Virus record (IMG/VR): IMGVR_UViG_3300036766_002289
Location: 1-64,000 of that record
Length of the DNA stretch: 64,000 bases
Strand: one strand, 5' to 3'
This document shows, piece by piece, positions 41,211 to 51,792 of the stretch. Each line of letters starts with the position of its first letter. The first letter of the stretch is position 1. Made by a program: the position numbers and the translations under genes. The notes under the pieces were generated by a model. That model was not told the DNA's origin, ran no database searches, and was given only the letters and a program-made list of their open reading frames with translations.

Positions 41211-41753
41211 ATGCCCTTAACTATGAAAAAGTGTAATAAATGTGGTCTAGAAAAAACAGAATTTCATAAAAATACATCTTACTGTAAAGAGTGTAATATT
41301 GTTAGAGTTAAAGAGTGGGCAATACTTAATAAAGAAAAAATAACTAAAAACAGCGGTATCTATATAAAAGCTAAGCACTTTTTATTAAAGGCTATACTAG
41401 ATGATATTAAACATGAGAATGGGTGTAGTTTTTGTGGAGAGAATGATGCGTGCTGTTTAGATTTTCATCATATTGCTAATAAATCTGATAATGTTTCTAA
41501 ACTTCAACGAGATAAGAATGTTAAAAAGATTTGTGAAGAGTTGAATAAGTGTATCATAGTATGCGCAAACTGTCATCGAAAATTACACGATGGGAAAATA
41601 AATATTGGCGTTAGAAAGCTATTTGACATTAGTTTAGAAGAATTTATTACTAGAGTAAGTAACAGAGCAGCAGAATTTCTTCCCGATGAAAAACGGGTTA
41701 GAAAATGGTTAATTGCTCCTAAAGCTGTAGCGGCACAAGCACCTGTCTCTTAA
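41211..41753 (+). CDS. HNH endonuclease (tRNA-associated family)
   Basis: CLDFHH..ELNKCIIVCANCHRKLH; 3' end overlaps the next tRNA. Confidence 0.85.
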   Translation: MPLTMKKCNKCGLEKTEFHKNTSYCKECNIVRVKEWAILNKEKITKNSGIYIKAKHFLLKAILDDIKHENGCSFCGENDACCLDFHHIANKSDNVSKLQRDKNVKKICEELNKCIIVCANCHRKLHDGKINIGVRKLFDISLEEFITRVSNRAAEFLPDEKRVRKWLIAPKAVAAQAPVS

Positions 41754-41798
41754 ACAGGGGTCGTAATGACATTCCGAGTTCAAGTCTCGGTAGGGGCA
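41715..41798 (+). tRNA. tRNA with CTT (Lys) anticodon and long variable arm
   Basis: CCTGT-CTCTTAA-ACAGG; variable hairpin GTC-GTAAT-GAC; A73. Confidence 0.75.
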
Positions 41799-41800
41799 CT

Positions 41801-41872
41801 GTGGGTGAAGCCAAACGGTGCGGCATCTGTGTGTGAATCAGAATATAATGGGTTCAACTCCCATCATCCACC
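41801..41872 (+). tRNA. tRNA-His(GTG)
   Basis: loop GTGTGAA; C73. Confidence 0.7.
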
Positions 41873-41873
41873 C

Positions 41874-42284
41874 TTAATCGTCGATTTCTTCTATGGTATG
41901 TTGCTCTGTGCGATTAGCATCATTGGCGGCTTTAGCAGCAAGTTCATGATATCTTTTTTTAAGTTTTTCGATTTCTTCTTCAGTGAGGTTTTCGATATGG
42001 AGCAAACGGTTACTAGCTCCTTTATGGGATACAAGTAATTCGTCTAACTTTAAATGAAGTGCTATTTGCTCTTTATTTTGAGTTCTTTGAATAAGGAAGA
42101 CCATTAAGAAGGTAATGATGGTGGTAAGGGTATTGATGAATAGGCTGTGAGAATCGCTCCAGTTGAAAAATGGACCTGAGCATAACCAGATAAGCACAAT
42201 GAAAATGGCCATAATGAAGGCTGATGTACTGCCAGCCCAATTGGTTATCTTTTTGGCCATCAGTTCAAATTTGCTTATTCGCAC
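41874..42284 (-). CDS. low-affinity iron permease (Fet4-like) family membrane protein
   Basis: GSTSAF..W..SGP.F.WSD...INT.TTIITFLMVFLIQ.TQN....HLKLDEL. Confidence 0.85.
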   Translation of the reverse strand: MRISKFELMAKKITNWAGSTSAFIMAIFIVLIWLCSGPFFNWSDSHSLFINTLTTIITFLMVFLIQRTQNKEQIALHLKLDELLVSHKGASNRLLHIENLTEEEIEKLKKRYHELAAKAANDANRTEQHTIEEIDD

Positions 42285-42313
42285 GGTTTATATATGGTTA
42301 ATAATTTTTAAAC

Positions 42314-42386
42314 GGGGAAGAAGCTCAGTTGGGAGAGCAACCGCCTGTCGAGCGGAAGGGTGCGGGTTCGACTCCCGTGTTCCTCG
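42314..42386 (+). tRNA. tRNA-Asp(GTC)
   Basis: CCGC-CTGTCGA-GCGG; G73. Confidence 0.8.
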
Positions 42387-42396
42387 CCTTATTTTT

Positions 42397-42488
42397 TGCG
42401 GTGTCATCTAATGGCAAGATACGGGTCTCAAGGGTCAAACAGCCCATAAATGAAGCCTGAAATGTAGGTTCGACTCCTACCGCCGTAA
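42397..42488 (+). ncRNA. tRNA-like RNA with about 21-nt insertion in the anticodon loop
   Basis: TGCGGTG/CGCCGTA, ATCT/AGAT, CGGGT..GCCTG with internal GGGT/GCCC hairpin, GTAGG-TTCGACT-CCTAC. Confidence 0.65.
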
Positions 42489-42573
42489 TTATAGACCGTA
42501 AGTATTGGTGTAAAAGAGCAGATTAAGTCTTCTCACGAAGCGTATAAGTCTCTTTAGCACAGCGGTCGCGTTT

Positions 42574-42648
42574 AGGATTGTGGGCCAGCCTGGAGTGGCC
42601 GTCTCCCTGTCACGGAGAAGATCGAGGGTTCAAATCCCTTCAATCCTG
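42574..42648 (+). tRNA. tRNA-Asp(GTC)
   Basis: TCTCC-CTGTCAC-GGAGA. Confidence 0.9.
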
Positions 42649-42681
42649 CTGAAATAAGTTGAACCTTACTCTATATATGGT

Positions 42682-43293
42682 ATGCCATATAAAGATAAGG
42701 TTAAGCAGAAAGAATTTTCAAAACGTCATTATTTGTTGAATAAGGAAGTTTATCAACAATCCAGAAAACAAAATCGTAATAATCGCCATATTTGGTTCAA
42801 TGGAGTAAAATCACAACTAAAATGTTGTCAATGTGGAGAAAACGATTATCGCTGTTTAGATTTTCACCATAGGGAATTTGAGGAAAAAGTATTTGGAATT
42901 TCTGAAGGTGTAAAATCAGGTTATAGTGAAGAGAAAATTATAAAAGAAATTTCTAAATGTGATGTGTTATGTGCTAATTGTCATAGGAAAAAACATGCAA
43001 GCGTAAGATTGCCTGCTGACGGGTACCACAGGGAACGAGTTGGCAAAAACATAAAATGGCTAAGAGAATTTAAAAGAAAATTAAGTTGTGTTGATTGCGG
43101 CATAAAAGATGAATTTGTTCTAGATTTTCATCATCTTCGAGATAAAGATGATACTATTTGTAGATTAGCGGGAAATGGTTGTTCCGTCGAACGACTCTTA
43201 GAAGAAATTGCTAAATGCGAGGTTATATGTGCTAATTGCCATAGAAAGCGACATAATGGTAATGTATGGTCTGAAGATTCAGTGAAAAATTAG
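42682..43293 (+). CDS. tandem double-HNH endonuclease
   Basis: two LDFHH...EI.KC.V.CANCHRK.H domains. Confidence 0.85.
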   Translation: MPYKDKVKQKEFSKRHYLLNKEVYQQSRKQNRNNRHIWFNGVKSQLKCCQCGENDYRCLDFHHREFEEKVFGISEGVKSGYSEEKIIKEISKCDVLCANCHRKKHASVRLPADGYHRERVGKNIKWLREFKRKLSCVDCGIKDEFVLDFHHLRDKDDTICRLAGNGCSVERLLEEIAKCEVICANCHRKRHNGNVWSEDSVKN

Positions 43294-44504
43294 GAGCAGA
43301 TTTAAAAATACTTTAAGGGGGAACAATGAAACTGCCAGAACCAACCATAGCAGATTTGAGACGTGCTAAGGAATTTATTGGTGAAGAAAGTTTGCTGCTT
43401 GCTCAGTGGGCTGCGGAGGAACGCAGGCGAATTCTTTCAATTTTAAGGGGCGTTAATTTAACTGGTGGTCCTTCTGGTTGGGAAATAGCCGATTATTTGA
43501 AAGAAGAAACTGATAATGAGATATAGTAAGGAAAAAAAAGTTATTACTTATTACGATAAATTAATTAGGGGCGACCAATTCATTGGAAATCCCCAAGGTG
43601 GTTGGATATTTGTAAAAACTGATATTAAAGGTATTGCGGTTAGGCTTGCTGATGGCGGAACTGTTCAGTGGGAAGACAATGCAGAAGTGCATAAAGTGCA
43701 GTCTGCTTCCTAATTGAGATATAGGTATTAAAACTATATACCTATATGCCAATGTATCCTTGTCTTTGTGTCCCTTATAATCCAGGTACTCCTGTCCCAT
43801 GTTCGATGCCTGGAACAGGTGATGCTGGTGGAATTTTGGAATTACAGTTGCTTAATGTTCAAATGGGGATGATGGGAGTTTTTGACGGTGGTTGTGGACT
43901 GTTTTTCTACACACATGTACTAGCCTATAATGTAAGTTTTGGCCCGTCAGGGGCTTATCAGATGCAGGTTTTTGATAAGTTCCAGGGCGTGTGGAATTTA
44001 GTAATGTTTAGTGGAGTTTTATACCAAACTACAGATGCATTAAATGCCTACGGGCCTTTTTTACCACTTGACCAAATTACTTTGTTTTGGAATAATGTAA
44101 AGTTACCACCTACTAATCCAAATGGTGGATTTTTATTGAATCCAGTGTGATTTATGGCAAAGAAAAAAGAAGAATATAAGTTTGCAAAACTTGACACAAT
44201 TCACAATGTTTACGAAATGACTGAAATCCCAGAAGGCGCAACTCATGTTGAATCAGAAACGGATTACAGTAATTGCTATTACGAGAGCGATAGCCCAAGT
44301 ATCAAGTTAACTTTTTACAAGAAAGAAAAAGCATGAGAAAGATAGCTGCGATTCTTGAATTAAATGCTCAAGAACTCAAGTATTTGCTTCACGGTCTTAA
44401 ACAGTTAGATATGCATTACAATGCTGGTTCCAGAGATTTTAATCGTGAAGAAATGCATGAGAAACTTCAACAGAAACTTGAAAAGGCTTCTGTTGATTTG
44501 AAAT

Positions 44505-44577
44505 AGCTCTACTGTTGGTGGGTACAACGGGTGGCCTCCAAAACCACTGCTTGCGGGTTCGATTCCTGCTAGGGCTG
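44505..44577 (+). tRNA. tRNA-Trp(CCA)
   Basis: loop CTCCAAA; A1-U72, G73. Confidence 0.75.
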
Positions 44578-45158
44578 CTTATAGAAAGGTGATTAAATGA
44601 CAATTTCAATAGACATTGGTAAGTTTGAGGCCGAGATTGAATATATAAGTGCAATCGGTAAACGCAGCCGCAAGGTGGAATTAGAAGTTATGTGGCATAG
44701 TTGTTGGGTGTATCAAGTAACCTACTATAGGCCAAGAGATGCTGAAGATCATGTTGTAGTCGTAACTAAAGACTGGTATCCACCCAACATCAATATTAGT
44801 TTCACTCCAGAACAATTTGATAAGGTAGTAGAATTATATCCTTTGGCTCCCAAAAATGAGAGAGATCAATGTTATAAGCCATTTTATGAAGATTATGATT
44901 TGAGTAGGGGCATGTTTGATTTTGGGGATGATGTTCTATTTCAAGCGTTCAAAAGCCCACAACCGACCGATGATGAAAGAGTATATTTAGTGCGACATTG
45001 TTTTTCTTATGGCACACCTACACCTGATACAGCTGTTCTTGGCTTACATGTTGATGATCTAAAAAAATTGAAAGAATTGCTTGATAGTAAGAAAAATGAA
45101 ATTTTTTATTCTGGATGTAAAATATCTTGGCCATCTAAAATATTAGGTGATCTTTAAT

Positions 45159-45231
45159 TCCTCAGTAGCTCAATAGGTAGAGCGCAAAGCTGTTAACTTT
45201 GATGTTCCTCGTTCGAGTCGAGGCTGAGGAG
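45159..45231 (+). tRNA. tRNA-Asn(GTT)
   Basis: CAAAG-CTGTTAA-CTTTG; canonical cloverleaf. Confidence 0.9.
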
Positions 45232-45734
45232 CTTATGAATCTTACATGGTTTGGTAAAATGGGCATGGTGTTTATGATAGCATCTTGTATGCTAGGTGTT
45301 GTGTCGATGGCAACTAGGTCAGTAACCATGTTATGGTGTTCTGCCGCATTTAGCGTCATTGCTGGCGTATTAATGACATTTGAAGCAACTAAACACAAGA
45401 GATAAAATTATGAACTTAATATTTATGTTAACTTTGTGTTGCGGTGAAATCCCTACTGCCGAAGATACTAATCTTCAAACTAAAAAGGCGATTGTCGAGA
45501 TTCAGAGAAAAGCAGAAAAGGATTTTGAATCTTATATTGAGTTGAATATAAGGGACGCAGTAAGGAAAGGGAAATATACCACATCTTTGATTATTCAGGA
45601 AGATTTTAATGTTCTTCCTTATGTGAAGGCTGTATTAATGCCAAAGTTAGAAAAACTTGGGTATAAAGTTGAATTAAAGATTCCTCCGAAAGATTCGATT
45701 GGTAATCCAACTTTGTATATCAGGTGGGAGTAGT

Positions 45735-45953
45735 TTATTTTTCTGCGAATGGTGGACGGGCAGTACCAGGGAAATCTTGATTTAACGTTCCAAGTGGTTG
45801 TGGTTTCTTGATTTGATATTGGGCTGTTTGGCCCTTTTTGATAGGGATCATTAAATTAGGATTGATTGGGACTTGCATAGGATTTGGGCCGTTTGGAGTC
45901 ACCATTTGTTGTGGGCCAGGTTCTAAGCCTTCAAGCCATTGTCTGAAGTTCAT
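45735..45953 (-). CDS. small Pro/Gln-rich protein (MNFRQWLE N-terminus)
   Basis: coupled to upstream ORF; shared N-terminal motif. Confidence 0.55.
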   Translation of the reverse strand: MNFRQWLEGLEPGPQQMVTPNGPNPMQVPINPNLMIPIKKGQTAQYQIKKPQPLGTLNQDFPGTARPPFAEK

Positions 45954-46501
45954 TGAGGTAATCCTGTTCTTAACTTTTTAGCGCCTGCTGGTTTGTAAAT
46001 TCCAGTGCCAACGTATTGTGTTGTATCTGGTTGCATTGGTGGAGAGCTAAAATATTGGTTAGTATTGCCGACTGTTTGTGGTGTTAGTGTCATTGTTGGG
46101 GAATACCCTAATGACCTACCGAATTCAACTGTTTTTCTGCTAATTGGGTCTTTTTGTAATACACCCATTACGTAATTCCTGGCGAGTGTTCTTCCTGCTT
46201 GTCGTCTATCGCCTATTTTGGCTTTAGAAGCTATTTTTCGCATTGTTCCTTGAATAATTTCTTGTCTGTTAGTAGGGTTGCTTAGGTAGTCGGCGGCGTA
46301 GTGTAACCAGGAAAAAGGTGGTGGGCCTTGTTGAGAATCTGGTCCCCTTCTCATGGTTCGTGTAGGTTCGGTACTCATTTTAACGATGGCATTGTATGCA
46401 GCTTCTGCATCCTCGGCTGTTTCCGCTTTCGAGTTACCTCTTGTATAGACGCCTAAATTTATACCTTGTGCTTCACGAATTTCAATCCATTCTTTAAACA
46501 T
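45950..46501 (-). CDS. hypothetical protein (MFKEWIE N-terminus)
   Basis: TATAAATA just upstream on the minus strand. Confidence 0.6.
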   Translation of the reverse strand: MFKEWIEIREAQGINLGVYTRGNSKAETAEDAEAAYNAIVKMSTEPTRTMRRGPDSQQGPPPFSWLHYAADYLSNPTNRQEIIQGTMRKIASKAKIGDRRQAGRTLARNYVMGVLQKDPISRKTVEFGRSLGYSPTMTLTPQTVGNTNQYFSSPPMQPDTTQYVGTGIYKPAGAKKLRTGLPQ

Positions 46502-46543
46502 ATGGTATTTATATAAAATTTTTGATTTTTGTTGAATAATTTA

Positions 46544-46594
46544 GCCCTCATAGTACAATGGCAGTATAACTGAGTCCGATTCTCAGTGAGGGCT
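46544..46594 (+). ncRNA. mini-tRNA lacking the anticodon arm
   Basis: GCCCTCA/TGAGGGC acceptor, TAC-AATGGCA-GTA D arm, CTGAG-TCCGATT-CTCAG T arm, nothing between D and T arms. Confidence 0.65.
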
Positions 46595-47046
46595 TTGGAT
46601 AATGGAAGAATTATATTTCTGTATGCACTTGACGGAAAATGAGCATTACATAGCTGAATGGGATTTTCAAGAAAAATGTGAAGTATTGGGACTGACTATC
46701 GTTTATTACAGGAAGTTGAAGGAAGGTCATGTGCCGATGTATCGTGAGATTAAGGTGAAGGGTGAACGGCTCGCTATAAATCAATTTAAGAAATTCTTGA
46801 AAGAGAAATTTTATACAGAGCAAATTGAGAGAAACCCGCACAAAGTTTAGCCTTTTTTTGGAGAATAATTATGTTTACAGAGAAAGAAATCCAGACGATT
46901 AAACTTGCTTTAAAGGCATTTAAATTGCAGATGTGTTTTGATTCAAGAAGCACTACTAAGGATTTTAATCCAGTCCTTTTAGATGAGTTAACTTCTCAAA
47001 TGGAAAATTTTTATAAGACTTTATTGGGAAAAGTCGATAACCTTTT

Positions 47047-47117
47047 GCCACTATAGTATAATGGCATTACGTCTGTTTCGTAATCAGAAATTGAGGGTTC
47101 GATTCCTTCTAGTGGCT
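47047..47117 (+). tRNA. tRNA-Thr(CGT)
   Basis: loop TTCGTAA; cloverleaf. Confidence 0.85.
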
Positions 47118-47119
47118 CT

Positions 47120-47227
47120 GTGGAATTAGTGTAAATGGACAGCACGTAGGAGAAAGCAACAGTAAAGCCTTTTTAGGTGAAAATGATGCTCATCCCTGAA
47201 GTGACGGTTCGAATCCGTTATTACACC
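47120..47227 (+). ncRNA. tRNA-like RNA with greatly expanded anticodon arm
   Basis: GTGGAAT/ATTACAC, GTG/CAC D arm, GACGG-TTCGAAT-CCGTT; about 50-nt anticodon region. Confidence 0.6.
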
Positions 47228-47577
47228 TGACTATAGCTTAGTTGTACCAATGGTGGTGTTCCGATTTTTCAATAAAAAAGGAGGCTTCACATGCGGTTCT
47301 CATTGGCTATGGTATTTTTGCTTTTTGTGTCCCCGTGTTTCGCTGATAATTTTCTTTCTGTTCTAAAGAAAGATCAGAAAATCGTCTTGAGGGAAGGTCC
47401 ACAGGGCTATCAAATTGTCATTTACAAGAATTTCGGCGTTGAGCCTGCGTCATTTAAGGTTATTGAGGTTGGTACAGACTATATTGTGGTTGAAGATGCG
47501 GTTGGTTTGAACGAAATTCGTATTCCGATTTACTCAATTAAGTCGATTACAACGACTAAACTTCCAAAGGTTAAAGA

Positions 47578-47970
47578 ATGAAGTTTGACAGTGAAGGTAA
47601 ATTGGAGTATGGTCCAGGTCGTAGAGCGGTGGTCTGGGTGGATCAAGGGATTTCGGATTTTTACCGAAAGTTAGTTCCTAAGTATTATTATGCTCAGCCA
47701 CAGATGTATCCAGCCCACATTACGGTTGTGAGATTACGTTTAGAAGATGCAAAAAATCTAGATGTGTGGAATAAATACAATTTGGAAGCAATTCCATTTG
47801 TGTATGACAGTGAAGTGTATTTTGATGGAACTTACTTCTATTTGAATGTCCAAAGTGATAGGATAGGTGACATTCGTGAAGAGTTAGGGTTGCCTAGATT
47901 CCGTTTTGGGGATTTAGGGGCTGCGAAGCAATGTTATCATATTTCTATTGGGAATGTTAAAAATGGTTAA
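47578..47970 (+). CDS. 2H phosphoesterase family protein
   Basis: two HxT/S motifs (PAHITV, YHISIG) with IREELGL between them. Confidence 0.7.
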   Translation: MKFDSEGKLEYGPGRRAVVWVDQGISDFYRKLVPKYYYAQPQMYPAHITVVRLRLEDAKNLDVWNKYNLEAIPFVYDSEVYFDGTYFYLNVQSDRIGDIREELGLPRFRFGDLGAAKQCYHISIGNVKNG

Positions 47971-48568
47971 TTTGTGTTTGTTTTTGTTTGCGGCATTACT
48001 TGCCTATTTTAGGTTTCATATGTCATCACATCCAGTGAGCATAGATGGAAGTTATGAAGCAATAGCGCACTTGTTTGTTGGTGGGTTGCTTGGAGCATGG
48101 TTGGTGTCGCGTAAATATTTTTATTTAGTTTTGGTGGTAGCTTTATCTGGTTTTGAGTTATTTTCGTTTTTAAGTAGGTGAGGAGATTTGGATGGTCAGT
48201 AATGCTTTTCGCAAGATGATGGGTGATCGTCATCAGAATTCTGATGGTTTCACTTACGTCTATGGGGCCATTAAGGATGGTTCCACTGCCCGTCCCGCAA
48301 CTGCTTCCACCAAGAAGTCGATTCGTAGCGACAAGAGGAAGGTCAGAAATCAGGAACTTAGGCAGATTGAGAAGGATTCATATGAGAGACGGTAAGGCAA
48401 AAATTGAGCAAGCTGACGGCTCATCTGGTAATTGGCATCGTTCCCTTAAAAAGAGGAAGTTGAGAAGTGAGCGCCGTCGAGCCAAAAGGAATCCAGAATG
48501 TCAGACCGCGTATCGTAGATACAGTGGTTACGAATTGTAAGATTGGCCCGTTAAGATTTATATTATTT

Positions 48569-48640
48569 GTCCTCTGAGTGTGATAGATAGCACGACAGTC
48601 TACGAAGCTGTAGGAAATAGAGCGTAACTATTAGAGGATA
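48569..48640 (+). tRNA. tRNA-Arg(ACG)
   Basis: ACAGT-CTACGAA-GCTGT; T loop AGCGTAA. Confidence 0.75.
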
Positions 48641-48691
48641 TTTGAATAAAATAATATGAACCTCTACTATATTATAGTAGAGGTTCATATT

Positions 48692-49558
48692 ATGAAATAC
48701 AATTTAGAACATATACAGAAACATTATGATGAAGGTTTGTCGTGGATTGAAGTTGCATCTAATTTAAAAATTAGTGAAGGCAGTTTAAGATATATGAGGA
48801 AAAAAGGATTCTTGAAAAGCAGGGATGCTAAAACAAAAATGAAATTTGCGGCTAAAAAGATATCTAGTGCTATGAAAGTGGCTCATGATGAAGGTAGGCA
48901 CCCTGGCTGGTTATCAGTAAACTTGAATAAGGAAAATAGAACCTACCCAGAACAGTTTTTTATTAATGCTATTGGTAATTTTAGATATTTAGATAACTAT
49001 ACCATATTGGAGAAAGTTGCTTTTCATCAATATGTTTTTGATTTTGTGATAGTAGAAGAAAAAATTGATATAGAGATAGACGGTGAACACCACCTTCATG
49101 ATTTTAATACAGTTGAAAAAGATGTAAAAAGAGACAAGAAAGCAATTGCTAATGGATGGAAGGTTTTTAGGATATCATGGGATGAATTGCGTTTGAATAC
49201 TTCTAAGGTTATGGATGAATTAATTAACTTCATAAAATTAAATAAAAGTGATAATGAATCTGTGATTCAAGTTATTACGCTTGAACCTACAGATAATCCA
49301 AGAAGTTTCCGTGCGGCTAAATTTAAGATTAGTTGTCATCCACCTAAGCCAAAAAGACAAGTTGGGGAATATAGGCCAAAATTTAAATTAAGAAAAGTGG
49401 TGAGACCACCAAAAGAAGAGTTAGAAAAATTAGTTTGGCAAATTCCATCATTGCATCTGTCTAGTAAGTTCGGAGTTAGTGATAGAACAATTGGAAAGTG
49501 GTGTAAATGGTATGATATTACTAAGCCACCTAGAGGTTATTGGATGAAGAACGCTTGA
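48692..49558 (+). CDS. DUF559/Vsr-like endonuclease with HTH domains
   Basis: YVFDF..IEIDGEHH..RD....GWKVFRISW; C-terminal FGVSD.TIGKWC..PPRGYW. Confidence 0.8.
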   Translation: MKYNLEHIQKHYDEGLSWIEVASNLKISEGSLRYMRKKGFLKSRDAKTKMKFAAKKISSAMKVAHDEGRHPGWLSVNLNKENRTYPEQFFINAIGNFRYLDNYTILEKVAFHQYVFDFVIVEEKIDIEIDGEHHLHDFNTVEKDVKRDKKAIANGWKVFRISWDELRLNTSKVMDELINFIKLNKSDNESVIQVITLEPTDNPRSFRAAKFKISCHPPKPKRQVGEYRPKFKLRKVVRPPKEELEKLVWQIPSLHLSSKFGVSDRTIGKWCKWYDITKPPRGYWMKNA

Positions 49559-49578
49559 ATACATACAAGAAGAGGTTT

Positions 49579-50016
49579 ATGAAAAATTATTGGTTAGATA
49601 AGAAAAAGGGCGGATTTCCACAAGACGATGAATTTTCGAAAGTGGCGGGTTGTTGTGGTGATTTTGCTTGTAATTGCTCTGCTAATTTAGATATATTTTA
49701 TGGGTCTCAGTTTGTTCAAAATGAAGAGATTTATGGCCGAGCGATAGAACGAAACGAAAGTAAGGCTATTTGGAAAACTGAATTTACTCCTATATTAAGA
49801 GGCACAATGTTCGGTAAGGTCTATATGAATGGTGCCGAAATTTATGATTTTAGTTTTTGTTTTTCGGGCAGTGTTGTTTTGAAACAAGTTAATGATAGTG
49901 AGATGAAGATTTTGCGTATAAATTTAAAGGAAGCAACTGGAGAAATTGAAACTTGGTGGGATAAGTTGCCTATATTAGACACCATAATTAAGGTAAATTA
50001 CGAATTTATTAGATGA
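49579..50016 (+). CDS. hypothetical protein, MKNYWL family
   Basis: NLDIFY.S.F.QNE, TPILRGTM, terminal VNYEF. Confidence 0.6.
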   Translation: MKNYWLDKKKGGFPQDDEFSKVAGCCGDFACNCSANLDIFYGSQFVQNEEIYGRAIERNESKAIWKTEFTPILRGTMFGKVYMNGAEIYDFSFCFSGSVVLKQVNDSEMKILRINLKEATGEIETWWDKLPILDTIIKVNYEFIR

Positions 50017-50027
50017 ATTAGGAGACT

Positions 50028-50639
50028 ATGAAAAATTATTGGTTGGATAAAAGGTCTGATTTGCCAGGGTGGAAAGATGGTAAAATAGTTGACATGGATT
50101 TGTGGAAGGGCAAATGCTCTAAGTGTGGTGAGTATGAGTGGCCGTTTAACGATGAAAATATCATGATGCAAGGCGACCCTATGTGTGCATGTTACAGTGG
50201 TTATTGCAATTTAGATATTTTTTATCCTAGTAGGTTTATCCAGAATGAAACATTGGATGTTCGGAGTGATAATGGTTATATAACCACTTATCAGGTAATG
50301 CATACGCCTATTTTACCTGGAACAATGAGCGGTTATATTTGCTTAGAAGAACAATGTCCGCCACTTAATGGTTGGAGTTTCACAGTAAATTCGGAAGGTA
50401 AGTTTGAAGTGAAGCGATATGGTGAATGGGCGAAGAATTCTTTATCTGGCGATGACGACGTATTGACTTTGCAAAAATTAGCAGAAAGTGATGAACCACT
50501 AATTAGTTATTATGATGAAATTCATTATTGGGAAACAAAGTTAAATTGTGTGACAGGTATATTAGAACTTCATCATCATACTGTTGGACCTACACCAAAA
50601 ATAGTTGCATCCTACGAATATGATAAGTGTGAGGTTTAG
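50028..50639 (+). CDS. hypothetical protein, MKNYWL family paralog
   Basis: NLDIFYPSRFIQNE, TPILPGTM, terminal SYEY. Confidence 0.6.
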   Translation: MKNYWLDKRSDLPGWKDGKIVDMDLWKGKCSKCGEYEWPFNDENIMMQGDPMCACYSGYCNLDIFYPSRFIQNETLDVRSDNGYITTYQVMHTPILPGTMSGYICLEEQCPPLNGWSFTVNSEGKFEVKRYGEWAKNSLSGDDDVLTLQKLAESDEPLISYYDEIHYWETKLNCVTGILELHHHTVGPTPKIVASYEYDKCEV

Positions 50640-50801
50640 ATAAGGAGTATTAACATGAACTGCTCAGAATGCAAGAGATCATGTGATGAATTGCACGATT
50701 GCGATTGTGGAGAATACTCTGGCAAGTGCAATGAATGTTGGCAGAAAGTTCCTTCTAAGCATAGAGAAGAAGTCTGTGTTGTAGATTGGCTGGAAGATGA
50801 T

Positions 50802-50872
50802 GCGGCTGTGATGTAGTGGTAGCCTGCTTGCTTGCCGAGCAAGATGTTCGGGTCCGATTCCCGATAGCCGCT
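50802..50872 (+). tRNA. tRNA-Gly(GCC)
   Basis: CTTGC-TTGCCGA-GCAAG; U73. Confidence 0.85.
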
Positions 50873-51792
50873 CTTATGAATACAATAGAAGAAGCTTGTG
50901 ATAAGATAAGAGAGTACTTAACTCAATGGTATATTGAGCATAAGAGTGCCATCGTCAAAACTTGTACCCCTTATGCTCAATATTTAAACGGTAGTTATTT
51001 GTATGACGCCAAACAAAAGTTTATTGAATTGAATCCAAAATATAAGAAATTTGATTTTTATATTCATACTGGCTTTGATGTAGATGGCGATACTTGGCAA
51101 CCTGGGTGTTTAGATGGTTGTTGCCAAACTCGGGCAAAAGTGCGTGGAATATATGTAGTGCCTATAGATTGGAAGCAGGCCAGAAATCTAGCTCTTAAAA
51201 AATCAAGAACACTCGCAATGATATCGAGATTTAAGTTTATGTCAAAATGGGTAGGACAATGAAAGATGAATTAACTTTAGAAGAATTCAAGCATATGAAC
51301 GAAGAAGCCAAAGCGTTGAGAATACAATGGATGACTGAGTATCATCTAACTGAAGAGGAAATGGCGGAAAGTTTGATATATGATCCTCCAAGTGATGTGC
51401 AGAAGGAACAAGAAGAATTGGATGCAGTTAGGCACTGTGCTACCATCGACTTTTCTTGGCTTAAAGATTTGCATAAAGAGATATATAAGGAAAACGGACT
51501 CCCTGAAGACACAACTGGCAGGATAATTTGCATAGCTTGTAGAAAGCTTGTTTGGTTTGACGAAAAAGGTCTCGCTTATTGTAATTGTCATGCCGAAGGA
51601 ATAGAACTTTTATGACATACGTAAATCTAATAGTTAATGTTGGTTGTTTGAGCGAAGATGAGTGTGAGGTCATTGAAGCTGAGATTAGTGAGTTATTGGA
51701 AAGACATAAGATGAAATTGCATTCAACTCGTTCGGCACCTCAGCAAAGTTGGATAGATGAGGAATTGCAGTTTTATCCCGAAGATATGTAAT

